DNA of 64,000 bases, from NCBI GenBank assembly GCA_032718475.1, contig JAUCBJ010001640.1, forward strand, positions 1 through 64,000, read 5' to 3'. This DNA is from Nemertoderma westbladi. Taxonomy: Eukaryota; Animalia; Xenacoelomorpha. The notes under the pieces were generated by a model, which was given only the letters and a program-made list of their open reading frames with translations, had not been told where the DNA came from and made no database searches. Position 1 is the stretch's first letter; the number at the start of each line of letters is the position of its first letter. The translations under genes and the position numbers were made by a program. Positions 62,775 to 64,000 of this stretch are shown here, in pieces.

Positions 62775-63570
62775 AGCAGGAGCTTGGTCTAGTGGTTACA
62801 ATCCTGGGCTTCCAATCAGGAGTCCCTGGTTCGAACCATAGATGGGGCAGCACTGCCCCATCTAGTGGAAAGGTTTACCGTGGAAAATCACCCATGGTGG
62901 AGAACAGGCATTCCTTTAGGAAACGGAGTGGAAGGGTTTACTGTGGAAGTTCACCCAGGGTGGTGAACAGACATTCCTTTAGGAAACAGAGTGGAAGGGT
63001 TTACTGAGGAAGATCACCCATGGTGGAGAACAGGCATTCCTTTAGGAAACGGAGTGGAAGGGTTTACTGTGGAAGTTCACCCAGGGTGGTGAACAGACAT
63101 TCCTTTAGGAAACAGAGTGGAAGGGTTTACTGTGGAAGATCACCCATGGTGGTGAACAGGCATTCCTTTAGGAAACAGAGTGGAAGGGTTTACTGTGGAA
63201 GATCACCCATGGTGGTGAACAGGCATTCCTTTATGAACCAAAGTGGAAGGGTTTACTGTGGAAGATCACCCATGGTGGAGAACAGGCATTCCTTTAGGAA
63301 ACGGAGTGGAAGGGTTTACTGTGGAAGTTCACCCAGGGTGGTGAACAGACATTCCTTTAGGAAACAGAGTGGAAGGGTTTACTGTGGAAGATCACCCATG
63401 GTGGTGAACAGGCATTCCTTTAGGAAACGGAGTGGAAGGGTTTACTGTGGAAGATCACCCATGGTGGTGAACAGGCATTCCTTTATGAACCAAAGTGGAA
63501 GGGTTTACTGTGGAAGATCACTCATGGTGGTGAAAAGGTATTCCTTGGCTTAACGAGCCTAAAAAAGATT
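62775..63570 (+). mobile_element. tRNA-derived SINE with an internal 63-bp tandem expansion (~11 copies, 62865-63545), in a BAZ1A intron
   Basis: A box TGGTCTAGTGG, TTCCAA loop, B box GGTTCGAACC, then unit gtggaagggtttactgtggaagatcacccatggtggtgaacaggcattcctttaggaaacaga, then a short A tail. Confidence 0.7.
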
Positions 63571-63639
63571 CTCCCGGATTAATTATTTTGGATTTATTAA
63601 ATAAACTGGTTGTTACGAATAGTAGATCTCACCAGCAGA

Positions 63640-63920
63640 CTACAACCGTGTACAAGTTTGTGTACAAGTTGATCCTGCTGGTGGCAATCTTAAGGCGGCA
63701 TCTCTGCAGGGTGATGCTGGGCCTGGGAATTATATGTTGCCATCTAATACACCCTCATTCCTTTTGCTTACTTCTTAAGCAATGTCGCGCAACCTGCGCA
63801 GTATCCTGGTGTATGTACCATCAAGAAGAGACCCGGTGTCTTCAGCAGTTAGAGCCCAGCATGGGTTGCCTTAGAGGGCAGATGCTCCAGTACAGCACGG
63901 AAAAGGCGTACCTTTAATGA
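63640..63920 (-). mobile_element. Old RTE-1-related fragment
   Basis: catgctgggctctaactgctgaagacacc and a KVRLFRA-coding segment match RTE-1. Confidence 0.75.
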
Positions 63921-64000
63921 GCATGACTTGTGGGGTGGAGTGACGATGAATTAAATATGTTATAAAATGTGATAGAACAGTATGACTATGGTCTCCATAG

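Overview
AT-rich, repeat-dense animal genomic DNA, probably a marine invertebrate (inferred from GT-AG exons, gene content and TE repertoire). It is not prokaryotic and has no CRISPR or rRNA. Host genes: a terminal exon encoding an N-terminally truncated fibrinogen-related domain (3804-4436,+); a complete intronless anion-type Cys-loop ligand-gated ion channel (44249-45529,-); and the first coding exon of BAZ1A/ACF1 (62432-62544,+), behind a CCAAT/E2F/CHR promoter that may be bidirectional. Mobile DNA dominates. There is an intact hATm-type DNA transposon with ~340-bp TIRs and no TSD (22623-26504), a full-length but disabled BEL/Pao LTR element with a 5-bp TSD (33207-42028), and an LTR-element remnant carrying pol-less zinc-knuckle ORFs (26505-31020). 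L2, CRE, Penelope and many RTE fragments, tRNA-derived SINEs, nested MITEs and at least eight tandem arrays make up much of the rest; several arrays appear to arise from TE-internal sequence. All family calls come from motif recognition by eye, without database searches.
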